Shown in pieces: positions 35,901 through 43,581 of a stretch of DNA of 64,000 nt (the first letter of the stretch is position 1; each line of letters begins with the position of its first letter). The notes beneath the pieces are model-generated. The model was not told the origin of the DNA. It searched no databases and saw only the letters and a program-made list of their open reading frames with translations. Source of the DNA: Bacillales bacterium UBA7278 (lineage in GTDB: Bacteria > Bacillota_I > Bacilli_A > RFN20 > CAG-826); NCBI GenBank assembly GCA_002472275.1, contig DKRQ01000026.1, positions 25,267 to 89,266 on the forward strand. Reading direction: 5' to 3'. A program made the position numbers and the translations under genes.

Positions 35901-36900
35901 TGCCTTGCTCGTCTTCTTTGAAGTTGAAGTAATCCTGGGTTTCGGAGAGGACCGCGGGGAAATCCACGCCCGCGAAATCATAATTATCACCTTTCGCGCG
36001 GAAACCTAAGGGCAAGGTGGTCTCGCCTAAGGGGAGATTCCAAACAAAGTAGTGGTCCCTAACTTCCTCCATGGAGGCGAGGGAATCGGTGATACCATCG
36101 AGGTCGATGCCGCCTGCTTCACTTTCTTCGGAGGAGGAGGGGCTCGCGATGGAATCCTTGACCGTGTCGATGAGGGTGCCAAAATCCAGGCCCTTGATTC
36201 CGCCGTCAGAGATGATGCCGAGCATGTCGTCGAGGAGCCAGTCCAAGTCGCCGTATTCGTAGTAGGGGACGCCGCCGGTGACCGGATCGATCGCGGTCTC
36301 GACGCCGGAGATGATGTCGGTCTTTTCCAAAGAAACCTTGTACTTGAGGTCCCATTTGTCTGCGTCGCCCGTGGAATCGAGGTTAACGAGGTTCACGTAG
36401 GCGTGCTCATCGAATAGGCCAAGGGCGACCTGCCTCTTCTTGCCGTTATATTCGACGGGGAGGTTGGCCACCATCGAGATATCGTGGATCGAAAGGCCGT
36501 TCATCGCGAACTGGACGAAGGCCCTTTCCCCGTTGGCGTAGCCGCCTTGGGCGTCGGTGATGTAGTCGCCGTTAGCGTCCTTGGCGTTAGGGGTCTTGAT
36601 GACGTTGCCCTCGATATTGCCTTCGCTATCGGCGAATTGGAATTCGAGGCCGTCGATCGTGATCTCCATGCCTTTGGTCGCGGAGTCCGCCATATTGGCG
36701 ATGAGCCTATCGCGTCCGGTCAACACGTTGTCACTAGGGACGAGGTTGGAATCGCCGCCTTTTTCGATGATGACGTGTTGGGGAAGGACGAAATAAGTAG
36801 TGGCCGCGGTGGCGCCGAAGATGCCGATGAAGGCGAGGCCGGTCAGCCATGAGGATGAACGGAGTTTCTTGCCGTCGTTATGTTTTTTGAAGAGTTTCAT
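32935..36900 (-). CDS. 1321-aa acidic surface protein with an N-terminal signal-anchor, unknown family (paralog of 28496..32092)
   Basis: Uninterrupted ORF. AGGAGGAA SD upstream. N-terminal TM segment WLTGLAFIGIFGATAATTYFVL. No motif recognised. Confidence 0.8.
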   Translation of the reverse strand: MKLFKKHNDGKKLRSSSWLTGLAFIGIFGATAATTYFVLPQHVIIEKGGDSNLVPSDNVLTGRDRLIANMADSATKGMEITIDGLEFQFADSEGNIEGNVIKTPNAKDANGDYITDAQGGYANGERAFVQFAMNGLSIHDISMVANLPVEYNGKKRQVALGLFDEHAYVNLVNLDSTGDADKWDLKYKVSLEKTDIISGVETAIDPVTGGVPYYEYGDLDWLLDDMLGIISDGGIKGLDFGTLIDTVKDSIASPSSSEESEAGGIDLDGITDSLASMEEVRDHYFVWNLPLGETTLPLGFRAKGDNYDFAGVDFPAVLSETQDYFNFKEDEQGNPTMRIKASASITPLVVPAEQESVDFASFMPGDLSSYKDLRNSAALFESVATLFARPEASFDLSLDLMNHQDGVEGSRTVLAKDEVNDGMRIAVNGDFKSDMTANFSKKEELHQDFKFDFEGVSADVNLSQIQPNGGAEWEVVPNTTHRIQARYVKGSETEKGGEPFQDYDAYVNLNGLVEAKTSRLYLDELMGSLFAKEESVTAEKTEQAEEANTVDQIAKFLPSLGNAIKSITDSDFVKGLGKGVYDSALDFVKTIEGGDSSLTVELTFAPIGLEGGATLSISSNQLIGIDFNDIKFMSFTLRGHLGLNLAEIANIAMPAGFEDLKPLSHVYGLKDQIGAIVDAKSFEANIEGHVTSTKDGVLDANGEPTTGLDINAKAAFDLSSEQGKGTVNAKLLQRSEGYYQQHNIAMDLYDELDSVALHYDSINDANVPHSSNPKNQNGIGAKLGVSTLLDLVKPSLNGIFDVDDRFGRLISSLAKEESTGVISDITSGNYFSLLSLQASKYVNPIELGNESIEITLNGSELGLPEGATFLIRAEFDEALTSTEEKGLSSLVIDIDYVGEDETAHSIDFTVSGIKAKQENTELSSIEDKDALSDISSIGELASYAVGTVSGVRFIEEEDPEDPSKTIETPVTGVSYYGIDGDVSLNIAGYDIDVYGFDAYASVEGAETKAYARLHDIPVIRGVNAPDSSAYFRPSEAEGVRDTDIYYYANGIDPTGEYLITRDSSYGKVRNVYDAMRFTGKQMNANPLGYLVQYGLGVLDEFFEESETPAASSSSSTATKAIHFDDACLHYAYNGNSNAPVWDITMNLGELLGISPLGEVGVSISGEKVTQDDGHGNSTSFKTLTSLEAGLKIGLVGHDSEGAVTNTMNVASAKVRLALNNIDGGVMKNVWLDAPEYAANFVGDVDDSGVIGQSAKGALYDATRSSNASVNQTAADATNYFVDWKVETLNVKVNEEVQQQQFVRQMMYYSLAYEGPVGCLYL

Positions 36901-36915
36901 GATGATTCCTCCTGA

Positions 36916-37869
36916 TTATTCGAGTGATTCCGGATAGGCCGGTAGTTTGCTTCCCACTTCCGGGAAGCCGAAGTCGGGTGCCCCGACGTGGAATTCGGTT
37001 ACGAGGGTTCCCTCGCAGCTTGACCCGACTCCCGCGCTCGTGGTCGCGAAGTATTTCTCGTGGCTCTTGAGCTTTCTTAGGGTCAGGTCCTTGTCCATCG
37101 TCACCGTGAGGTGGCAATAGTCGAAGGTCGGTTTGTATTTGAGGCTTGAGATGGTTTGCATCTGGCATTGGTAACGGAGCACCCCGGTTTTGGGGTTGAG
37201 CTCTGCCTCGACGACGTATTGGCCATCCACTTCCTTGATAGCCGATTCCCCATCTCCCGAGGGCGGGGTTCCGCTAAGCATGGTGGCGGGGGAGACCAGG
37301 TAGACGAGCGATTCGGCGACGTTGCGACCCATCATGGTCTTGTATTCGTCGTTGCTCATCGTCTTCTTCGTGTGGTTCTCGTAATCGTCGCGTTCGCCCC
37401 AATAGGTCGTGGTGACGTCCCCTTCGCGGAACATGCGGTCGTGGATGTTGATGAGGGAGGAGGAGGCGTTGGATTCCTCGAAGAACCTTTCCCCCATCTT
37501 GACCGAACGGGTCTGGATGCCTTGCCTGACCATCGCGGCCTGGGTGAACCCGACCCCGATGCTCCAGCAGTTCTCGCTTTGGTCGAAGCGGGCGAACGAG
37601 GCGACGATGATCTCATCCACGGTGAGGGCCTTGTCGAAGGGGGTTCCCGCCTTCTCGGCTTTGGCGGCCTTGGCTAGGACCGCTTCCACGTTAGGCGCGT
37701 AATCGTCGAGCCCCGCCACGAATTGGTAGGCGTCGGGCTTGAGCATCTGCGCGACTTGGAAGCCGGCGAACATGCCTCCGCCCATCCCGACCACCAGAAG
37801 CGTCGGCAAAAGGAAGGCGTTTGCCTGGAAGTGGCGTTTCGTTTTTGCTTTGGCGACGCTAGGTTCCAT
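36916..37869 (-). CDS. 317-aa membrane-anchored extracytoplasmic protein of unknown family; first gene of the operon
   Basis: GGAGGAAGGAA SD upstream. N-terminal TM segment AFLLPTLLVVGMGGGMFAGF. The stop is 15 nt upstream of the 1321-aa gene. Confidence 0.7.
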   Translation of the reverse strand: MEPSVAKAKTKRHFQANAFLLPTLLVVGMGGGMFAGFQVAQMLKPDAYQFVAGLDDYAPNVEAVLAKAAKAEKAGTPFDKALTVDEIIVASFARFDQSENCWSIGVGFTQAAMVRQGIQTRSVKMGERFFEESNASSSLINIHDRMFREGDVTTTYWGERDDYENHTKKTMSNDEYKTMMGRNVAESLVYLVSPATMLSGTPPSGDGESAIKEVDGQYVVEAELNPKTGVLRYQCQMQTISSLKYKPTFDYCHLTVTMDKDLTLRKLKSHEKYFATTSAGVGSSCEGTLVTEFHVGAPDFGFPEVGSKLPAYPESLE

Positions 37870-37953
37870 TTCCTTCCTCCTGTGGCCGGGCTAATCCTAC
37901 CGAATACGTGCGTATAGGCCTATCTACACGCACCTCTATTTCTTGAAGATAGG

Positions 37954-37983
37954 CATTCTCCGATTCGTAGAATTGCCGATAAA
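37954..37983 (-). promoter_or_regulatory. shared promoter/operator module, copy 2: TTTATC-17-GAGAAT containing the 20-mer ATTCTACGAATCGGAGAATG
   Basis: Identical 20-mer to 32169-32188, with a similar T-rich -35 at the same spacing. Confidence 0.6.
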
Positions 37984-38060
37984 ATGGGCAAAAATACCGG
38001 GGCTCATTGCTTTTTTATGCGTAAATGACTTGTCAATATATCATTCGATTCATCCATGGC

Positions 38061-38135
38061 AAATTTTCATTGAAATTTTCATGGATTTTCATTTTCGATT
38101 GAATTTCCTCGATGGAATCAAATGAATTTCATATG
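38061..38135. repeat. A/T-rich phased direct repeats (ATTTTCAT x3, TGAATTTC x2) in a divergent intergenic region
   Basis: ATTTTCAT occurs at 38063, 38075 and 38085. TGAATTTC occurs at 38100 and 38123. Confidence 0.6.
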
Positions 38136-38175
38136 TAAAAAACTAATTGACCTTTTTGATTTCCCATTTTGTTTT

Positions 38176-38204
38176 TTGAAAGATCGTTGCAAAGTGGTTA
38201 AAAT
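38176..38204 (+). promoter_or_regulatory. promoter TTGAAA-17-TAAAAT for the carD-like gene
   Basis: Hexamers read directly. AAAGGAGGA SD lies before the GTG at 38255. Confidence 0.5.
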
Positions 38205-38254
38205 ATCAGTGTCAGCCTATTTTCACATCCTAGACAGAAAGGAGGACAGGGGGA

Positions 38255-38743
38255 GTGTACGCGAAAGACTCTTATGTGTTTCACACCCATTGCGGTGTCT
38301 GCCAAGTCGTCGACGTGGCGCCTCTTTCCGGCGACCCTTCCGGCAGTCTTTATTATGTCCTCCGACCCCTCTATGGAGACGATGGCAGCAACATCGTCCG
38401 CGTCCCCTTCGATAACCCCGCTTCGCTAAGAAGGCCCCTCGACAAAGCCCTCGCCGAGGAGCTCATCGAGAACTGGCCCGACGTGAAAACCGACCTCTAT
38501 ATCTCCGATTCGAAAAAGAGGAAGCTCTCCTATGAGACCGCGCTTCGCTCGGGCATGGTGGAGGATCTCGCCGTGCTCCTAGAAGGGGCGATGCAAAGGA
38601 AGGCCAGGGATGGCCACCTCAACTCGATGGACGCCCAATTCGTCAATAGGGCCGCCCCGATCGTCTATGGGGAATTAGGGTTCGCCCTAGGCATGTCCGT
38701 GGAGGACACCAAGGCCTACGTAGCAAGCAGGACGGGACGTTAA
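38255..38743 (+). CDS. CarD/CdnL/TRCF-domain family transcriptional regulator
   Basis: N-terminus YVFHTHCGVCQVVDV...YYVLRPLYGDD...VRVPFDN resembles the CarD_CdnL_TRCF RNAP-interaction domain. GTG start with a strong SD. Confidence 0.7.
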   Translation: MYAKDSYVFHTHCGVCQVVDVAPLSGDPSGSLYYVLRPLYGDDGSNIVRVPFDNPASLRRPLDKALAEELIENWPDVKTDLYISDSKKRKLSYETALRSGMVEDLAVLLEGAMQRKARDGHLNSMDAQFVNRAAPIVYGELGFALGMSVEDTKAYVASRTGR

Positions 38744-38753
38744 TTAGACAAAG

Positions 38754-38790
38754 AAAAAAGGTCAGCCGATTCGCAGGCTGACCTTTCTTT
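38754..38790. terminator. bidirectional terminator
   Basis: AAAAAA-GGTCAGCC-gattcgca-GGCTGACC-TTTCTTTT. Confidence 0.75.
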
Positions 38791-38802
38791 TACCTTGATG
38801 CC

Positions 38803-39258
38803 TTAGGCCTTGGAGACGCGGTAGGCGCCATATAGTCCGAGGAGGGCGCCGATGAATCCGAACACGGCGGTGAGGATCGTTCCGGTGCCGTTGGTGGGGA
38901 TTTCGGTGGTGATCGCGTTGGCTTGCACGTAGAAGGTGGGGGCCATGAGGAACAGGACGGACCCGGCGGCGAGGCAGATGCCCGCGATGCCTAGGCCGAA
39001 CATGGAGATCTTGCCGGGCATGATGCAGGCGATGAGGGCCAAGAGGATGGCGACGGCCTGGAGGACGAAGGCGATCACGAGGGGAACGACGACGACCCTG
39101 CCTTGATAACCGAACATGACCTGGAAGCCATTGCCGCGGGTGGAGGCGACGCCATAGGTGCTATCGGATCCGAAGGCGGTGGAGAAGAGAACGAGGATTG
39201 CGATGAGGGCCGCCGCGGAGACGAGGAGGCCGAATATGAGATTGATTTTTCTATTCAT
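38803..39258 (-). CDS. hypothetical small polytopic membrane protein
   Basis: 151 aa with four hydrophobic segments. No family recognised. Confidence 0.55.
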   Translation of the reverse strand: MNRKINLIFGLLVSAAALIAILVLFSTAFGSDSTYGVASTRGNGFQVMFGYQGRVVVVPLVIAFVLQAVAILLALIACIMPGKISMFGLGIAGICLAAGSVLFLMAPTFYVQANAITTEIPTNGTGTILTAVFGFIGALLGLYGAYRVSKA

Positions 39259-39337
39259 GGTTAAAACCTACCAGCGATAAATATACCCTTAGGGGCACCG
39301 ATGGGCAATAAGGGATTTAGGCGCTCACTACGTGGGG

Positions 39338-40747
39338 TTATTCCTGGGATTCCTGGGAGACCTGGGGGAGTTTCTTGGCGATTTGCCTCGATTTGACGTG
39401 GAGCCAGATGACGGGGAGCAAAGCCAAAGCCGCGGCCACCAAAGTGACGAGGAACATGACGCGGTCGGGCGCTTTCTCGACGATCGTGTAGGCATCGGCC
39501 CCATGGCCATAGGTCGTGGTTTTCGTCTTGGTGAAGAAGGCGCTCGAGATGGAGGAGCCTAGGATCATCGGGATCATGACGACGAACACCATCCTGACGG
39601 CCTGATAGGCACCGGCGTCATCCTTAGGAGTCCTATCCCTGATTTCGGCGCCGAGGGCGGCCGTACCTAAAAGATAACCGGTCATCAAAAGCGCGCCGCT
39701 AAGGATGACCAAACCGAAATCGGATCCTAGGAAGTAGAAGCAAATGGAGCCGGCGATCATGAGGCCGATTGCTGGGTAAAGCACCTTGAATTTGCCGATC
39801 TTTTCCATGAAGGCCCCGATGCCGAGGACGATGAGCGAGGCGGTGCCCATGATCGCGGCCATCGCCAGGATGAAGCCGTTGCCGCCCATGGTCGGCATGT
39901 CTTGGATGTAGACCATGATGTAGGGCATGAAGCTATCGACGGCGATGTTGAAGAAGAGGAAGGCGAGCAAGGCGATATAGAAGAGGGGGTTGCTCTTCAC
40001 CGACTTCGGGGTGAAGCCTTTGGCCATGTGGCGGAGATAGGCCTCCTCGCGGTTAGGGATGGCTTTGTCCTTAGGAAGGAGGAAGAAAGCAATGATGCCA
40101 ACCGCGGTGGTCAAAGCGCCGAAAACGAGGAAGAAGATGAACCATCTGGGCGCGGCTTCTTCGGGGGAGAGGCTATTCTCGGGGACGCCGAGGATTAAAC
40201 CGATGCCGAGCATCATCGCCATCGCTAGAAGCGGCATGATCGAGAGGACCGATTCGACAAAGGGGCGGTTCTTCGGGTTTGTTTCGTCCGTGACGAAGGC
40301 ATTGAAGCAAGCGTCGTTTCCGGTGGAGCCGAAGAAGGTCATGACGCAGTCGACCACGACGTTCATGATGCCTACGAGCAACACGGCTTTCCCGATGTCG
40401 CCGCCGGTCAGGTTCTTCATATTGGTAAGAGACATGACCCCGAAAAGGAACACCGTGATGCCCCAAATGGAGTAGCCGGCCGCGATGAAGACCTTCCTTT
40501 TGCCAAGGCGATCCGAAAGCGCGCCCATGAAGAAGGTCGTGAGCGTGGCAACGACCGCCGAGGCGATCGTCATCCAGGTGATATGGTCTGAGTTATGCGA
40601 TTGGGAATAGACCCAAAGGTTGATGTAATTGTTCTCGATGGCCCAGGCTACCTGCCCGATTAGACCCACCAAGACGAAAGCCGCCCACCTTCGAGCGCCG
40701 AGTTTCTTTTCGTTGTCCATATTTGCATTGTAACGCTTTTTTGTCAT
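39338..40747 (-). CDS. MFS transporter
   Basis: About 12 TM segments. The ALSDRLGKRK loop after TM2 is typical of MFS. The start is uncertain: ATG at 40747 or at 40720. Confidence 0.75.
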   Translation of the reverse strand: MTKKRYNANMDNEKKLGARRWAAFVLVGLIGQVAWAIENNYINLWVYSQSHNSDHITWMTIASAVVATLTTFFMGALSDRLGKRKVFIAAGYSIWGITVFLFGVMSLTNMKNLTGGDIGKAVLLVGIMNVVVDCVMTFFGSTGNDACFNAFVTDETNPKNRPFVESVLSIMPLLAMAMMLGIGLILGVPENSLSPEEAAPRWFIFFLVFGALTTAVGIIAFFLLPKDKAIPNREEAYLRHMAKGFTPKSVKSNPLFYIALLAFLFFNIAVDSFMPYIMVYIQDMPTMGGNGFILAMAAIMGTASLIVLGIGAFMEKIGKFKVLYPAIGLMIAGSICFYFLGSDFGLVILSGALLMTGYLLGTAALGAEIRDRTPKDDAGAYQAVRMVFVVMIPMILGSSISSAFFTKTKTTTYGHGADAYTIVEKAPDRVMFLVTLVAAALALLPVIWLHVKSRQIAKKLPQVSQESQE

Positions 40748-40770
40748 AACGCACTCGGCGGACGTAAAAT
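40741..40770 (+). promoter_or_regulatory. promoter TTGTCA-18-TAAAAT ending 7 nt before the ATG at 40778 (leaderless arrangement)
   Basis: Hexamers read directly. The -35 overlaps the divergent MFS start codon. Confidence 0.45.
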
Positions 40771-40777
40771 AAGAAAG

Positions 40778-41458
40778 ATGATCGATTTCGCTTCGATTCC
40801 CGTCGTCACATACGTCTTTCTCGGCGTTTTCGTAGTCGTGAGCGGAATCCACCTCTATTTCTGCTTCGTCGAGAACGAACTCGCCAGGAAAATCACCAAG
40901 CCGATGACGACCGGCGCTTTGCTCGTCGCCGCGATGGTCATGAACATCCAGGCCGTCACGATTTACCTGGCCCTTTTCTGCGGCTTCCTGGGGGACGTGT
41001 TCCTATTGAAAAAGCATAAGGTCCTGCCTTTCGTGCTAGGCATGCTCGCCTTCATGGGCAACCACATCCTCAACATCGCTTCGGTCTGCATCCTTGTCAA
41101 GCCGGAATGGCCCTATTACGTCGGTGGGGCGCTCTTCCTGATTCTTTTCTCCTTCATCGGCTACCACTTCGTCAGCAAATTCGTGCATCAAAAGAAACTG
41201 GCCTTTGGCGGCACGGTGTATCTAGGACTCATCGTCCTTTCCTTCATCGCGGCGGTAGTGGCCTGCGCAAGAGGCTATTCCAATTACATGCTCTTAGCGG
41301 CCTTTGGCGGGGTCAGCTTCATCGTAAGCGACCTATTCCTCGCCAAATCCTCTTTCATCAGGAACTTCAAAAGGAGGGACTTCTTCATCATGTCCACTTA
41401 CCTTTTGGCGCAGCTGCTTATCGTTTCGGGCTTCCTGCTTACTTGGATGATCCGTTGA
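40778..41458 (+). CDS. YhhN-family (lysoplasmalogenase-like) membrane protein
   Basis: Eight hydrophobic segments. The GFLGDVFLL and FIVSDLFLA blocks resemble YhhN/TMEM86 motifs. Confidence 0.65.
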   Translation: MIDFASIPVVTYVFLGVFVVVSGIHLYFCFVENELARKITKPMTTGALLVAAMVMNIQAVTIYLALFCGFLGDVFLLKKHKVLPFVLGMLAFMGNHILNIASVCILVKPEWPYYVGGALFLILFSFIGYHFVSKFVHQKKLAFGGTVYLGLIVLSFIAAVVACARGYSNYMLLAAFGGVSFIVSDLFLAKSSFIRNFKRRDFFIMSTYLLAQLLIVSGFLLTWMIR

Positions 41459-42041
41459 TCGCCAGGAAGATCTTCAGTTTCGCGATCGCCTTGCTCCTAT
41501 GGGAAAAGGCGTTTTTTGTTTCCTCGTCGACGGTGCCGAAGTCGGCATTGGCCTCGGTCGAATGGAAAATGGGGTCATAACCAAAACCGTTGGAACCATG
41601 GGCTTTTTCCAAGAGATATCCAGGGCAGATTCCTTCAAAATAGAGGGGTTTTGCGGCGGAATTCTCCAAATAGCAGATGCAGCAACGGAACTGGGCCGAG
41701 CGGTCTTCCTTACCCTCTAGGCGGCGGTTGAGTTCCTCATAGGCCGCGGGGTAGCCGCCGCAAGAATCGGCAAAGCGGGAGGAGAACAATCCGGGGAATC
41801 CCCCGAGGGCGTTCACCTCCAAACCCGAGTCGTCGGCGATGACGGGGTAGGGGACTTTCTTTGATAAGGCGAGAGCCTTGATGTAGGCGTTCTCGCGGTA
41901 GGTCTCGGCGGTCTCCTCGGGGTCGGATTCGATGCCGATGTCGGAAGGGGAATAGATGAGGAAGCCCATGGGGGCGAGGATCTCGCGGTACTCGCGGAGC
42001 TTCCCTTTGTTATTGGTGGCGAGGCAGATTTCGATGTTCAT
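41439..42041 (-). CDS. rdgB: dITP/XTP pyrophosphatase (RdgB/HAM1 family)
   Basis: Contains LATNNKGKLREYREIL, DDSGLEVNALGGFPG and FGYDPIF. Start trimmed to the ATG at 42041. Confidence 0.85.
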   Translation of the reverse strand: MNIEICLATNNKGKLREYREILAPMGFLIYSPSDIGIESDPEETAETYRENAYIKALALSKKVPYPVIADDSGLEVNALGGFPGLFSSRFADSCGGYPAAYEELNRRLEGKEDRSAQFRCCICYLENSAAKPLYFEGICPGYLLEKAHGSNGFGYDPIFHSTEANADFGTVDEETKNAFSHRSKAIAKLKIFLAINGSSK

Positions 42042-42109
42042 GGTGCCCACTATAGCAAAAGAAGGGATCCGGAAAAAGAAAAATGCCGACTCAATCGGCA
42101 CTTCTAGGA

Positions 42110-42183
42110 TGGAGCAGGTGACGGGAATCGGACCCGCGTAACCAGCTTGGAAGGCTGGTGTTCTACCATTGAACTACACCTGC
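42110..42183 (-). tRNA. tRNA-Gly (anticodon UCC), CCA encoded
   Basis: Hand-folded: acceptor GCAGGTG/CACCTGC, D stem GTTC/GAAC, anticodon arm CCAGC-CTTCCAA-GCTGG, T arm GCGGG-TCCGATT-CCCGT. 74 nt. Confidence 0.85.
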
Positions 42184-42185
42184 GC

Positions 42186-42262
42186 TGGCGGACCATACGA
42201 GATTCGAACTCGTGATCTCTTCCGTGACAGGGAAGCATGTTAGGCCGCTACACCAATGGTCC
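42186..42262 (-). tRNA. tRNA-Asp (anticodon GUC), CCA encoded
   Basis: Hand-folded: acceptor GGACCAT/ATGGTCC, anticodon arm CTTCC-CTGTCAC-GGAAG, T arm ACGAG-TTCGAAT-CTCGT. 77 nt. Confidence 0.9.
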
Positions 42263-42273
42263 GAGCGGACATA

Positions 42274-42302
42274 ACTATATCATAGGCGGCGCGAGTGTCC
42301 AA
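42274..42302 (-). promoter_or_regulatory. tRNA promoter TTGGAC-17-TATAGT (with TGn extension)
   Basis: Minus strand reads TTGGACactcgcgccgcctaTGaTATAGT, 11 nt upstream of the tRNA-Asp 5' end. Confidence 0.55.
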
Positions 42303-42311
42303 ACCTTTTTG

Positions 42312-42337
42312 GCAAAAGAAAACACCCCTAAGGGTGC
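42312..42337 (-). terminator. terminator after trxA
   Basis: Minus strand reads CACCC-ttag-GGGTG followed by TTTTCTTTTGCC. Confidence 0.45.
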
Positions 42338-42342
42338 TTCTT

Positions 42343-42648
42343 TCATTCGTTGATGAATTTGGCGAGGGCGGCTTTGGGGGAATAGCCAAGCCTCTTCCTC
42401 ATTTCCTGACCGTTTTCGAAGTAGATGAGGGTGGGGATGGAATAGACCTGGTATTTGGCCGCGACCGCGGGGAGCTCGTCGACGTCGACTTTGATGAACT
42501 TGACGTCGGGCATTTCCTTTTCCAGTTCCTCGATGACGGGGCTAAGCATGTTGCAGGGCCCGCACCAAGTGGCGAAGAAGTCTAGCAGGACCTTGCCCGA
42601 GGCGATTTCCTTCTCGAATTCCTCGGCGGTTTTGATGTGGATCGGCAT
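42343..42648 (-). CDS. trxA: thioredoxin
   Basis: WCGPC active site, 101 aa, AAAGGAGG SD upstream. Confidence 0.9.
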   Translation of the reverse strand: MPIHIKTAEEFEKEIASGKVLLDFFATWCGPCNMLSPVIEELEKEMPDVKFIKVDVDELPAVAAKYQVYSIPTLIYFENGQEMRKRLGYSPKAALAKFINE

Positions 42649-42672
42649 GTCGTTGCCTCCTTTCGGTAGAAA

Positions 42673-43581
42673 CTATAGCCCGAAAATCAATATCAGTAAA
42701 AGCATATGCACCGGATAGTAGAGGTAGGAGAAAACACGGAACCATTTCGCGTCGTAACCCCTCTTTCCGGAATAGAGCAGGATCGGGATGATCGCCAATA
42801 GGCAATAGGACTCAAACGACATCTGCAGGGGGTCATAGGGCCTATTCCCTTCGCCAGCGCCGATATAGGAGGCGCCCCAGAAGGCAAGGACGATCACGAA
42901 AAAGGTGAGGCAGGAGAGGATGTTGACGAGTTTGCGGTGGGGGGGAGTGTCCTCATAGGAAGCGTAGTCCTGCCCGATGGCGGTAAGGTATTGCGAACTC
43001 GCAAGCTTCGATAGGGGCCTCGCCAAATAGAAGCCGAGGGCAATCGCTAGACCTAGAAGCGAATATCCGGGGCGGAGATAGGTCGGCCACCAAAGGACGT
43101 TCATGCTATTCACGTTTTCATATAGGTAGACGCCAAAGCTAAGGCCGACGACCGCGACGGGGATGATGAGGAATACCTTCCTCCAGCCCTTGAGGCTAAG
43201 GCAATAGAAGAAGCCCGCGATGATAAGAAGGTCGGCAAAGGCGTTTTCGATTCGCTGAAAGGCGAGGTAACGATTCCCTGGAACGGCGTAGATGTAGATG
43301 GTCTCGACCAAGGCGATGGAGACGAAGAAGATGGCGATGCGCAGAAAATACTTCAGCGGGGAGCGCGTGTAACGGAATCCCTCCACCATTAAGAAGGCGA
43401 ATAGGGGGAAGGCGATGCGCCCGATGGCGCGGAAAACGTAGCCCGTGGTGTATAGGGGCGACTCCTGGACGTTGAACATCAAAAAGACGCCGATGTGGTC
43501 GAGCGTCATGAAGATCATCGCCATGACCTTGATGACGAATCCAGACAGGATTTGCGCGGATTTCTGCCCTTCCATGGTCAT
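42673..43581 (-). CDS. TraX-family membrane protein
   Basis: N-terminus LSGFVIKVMAMIFMTLDHIG is typical of TraX, and the protein is polytopic. The ATG overlaps the upstream stop (ATGA). Confidence 0.65.
   Translation of the reverse strand: MTMEGQKSAQILSGFVIKVMAMIFMTLDHIGVFLMFNVQESPLYTTGYVFRAIGRIAFPLFAFLMVEGFRYTRSPLKYFLRIAIFFVSIALVETIYIYAVPGNRYLAFQRIENAFADLLIIAGFFYCLSLKGWRKVFLIIPVAVVGLSFGVYLYENVNSMNVLWWPTYLRPGYSLLGLAIALGFYLARPLSKLASSQYLTAIGQDYASYEDTPPHRKLVNILSCLTFFVIVLAFWGASYIGAGEGNRPYDPLQMSFESYCLLAIIPILLYSGKRGYDAKWFRVFSYLYYPVHMLLLILIFGL

Noticed and set aside
37943-38415. Small ORFs 37943..38125 and 38122..38415 in the AT-rich intergenic region; the shared peptide ILRFVE also appears in ORF 32098..32337
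   Set aside because: They have no SD and odd composition. The shared peptide is simply the translated 20-bp DNA motif, so the conservation is regulatory DNA and not a protein.
42044-42342. tRNA-associated integration site or genomic island boundary
   Set aside because: No integrase, no phage or IS genes, and no duplicated tRNA 3' segment noticed by eye on either side. The flanking genes (rdgB, trxA) are housekeeping.
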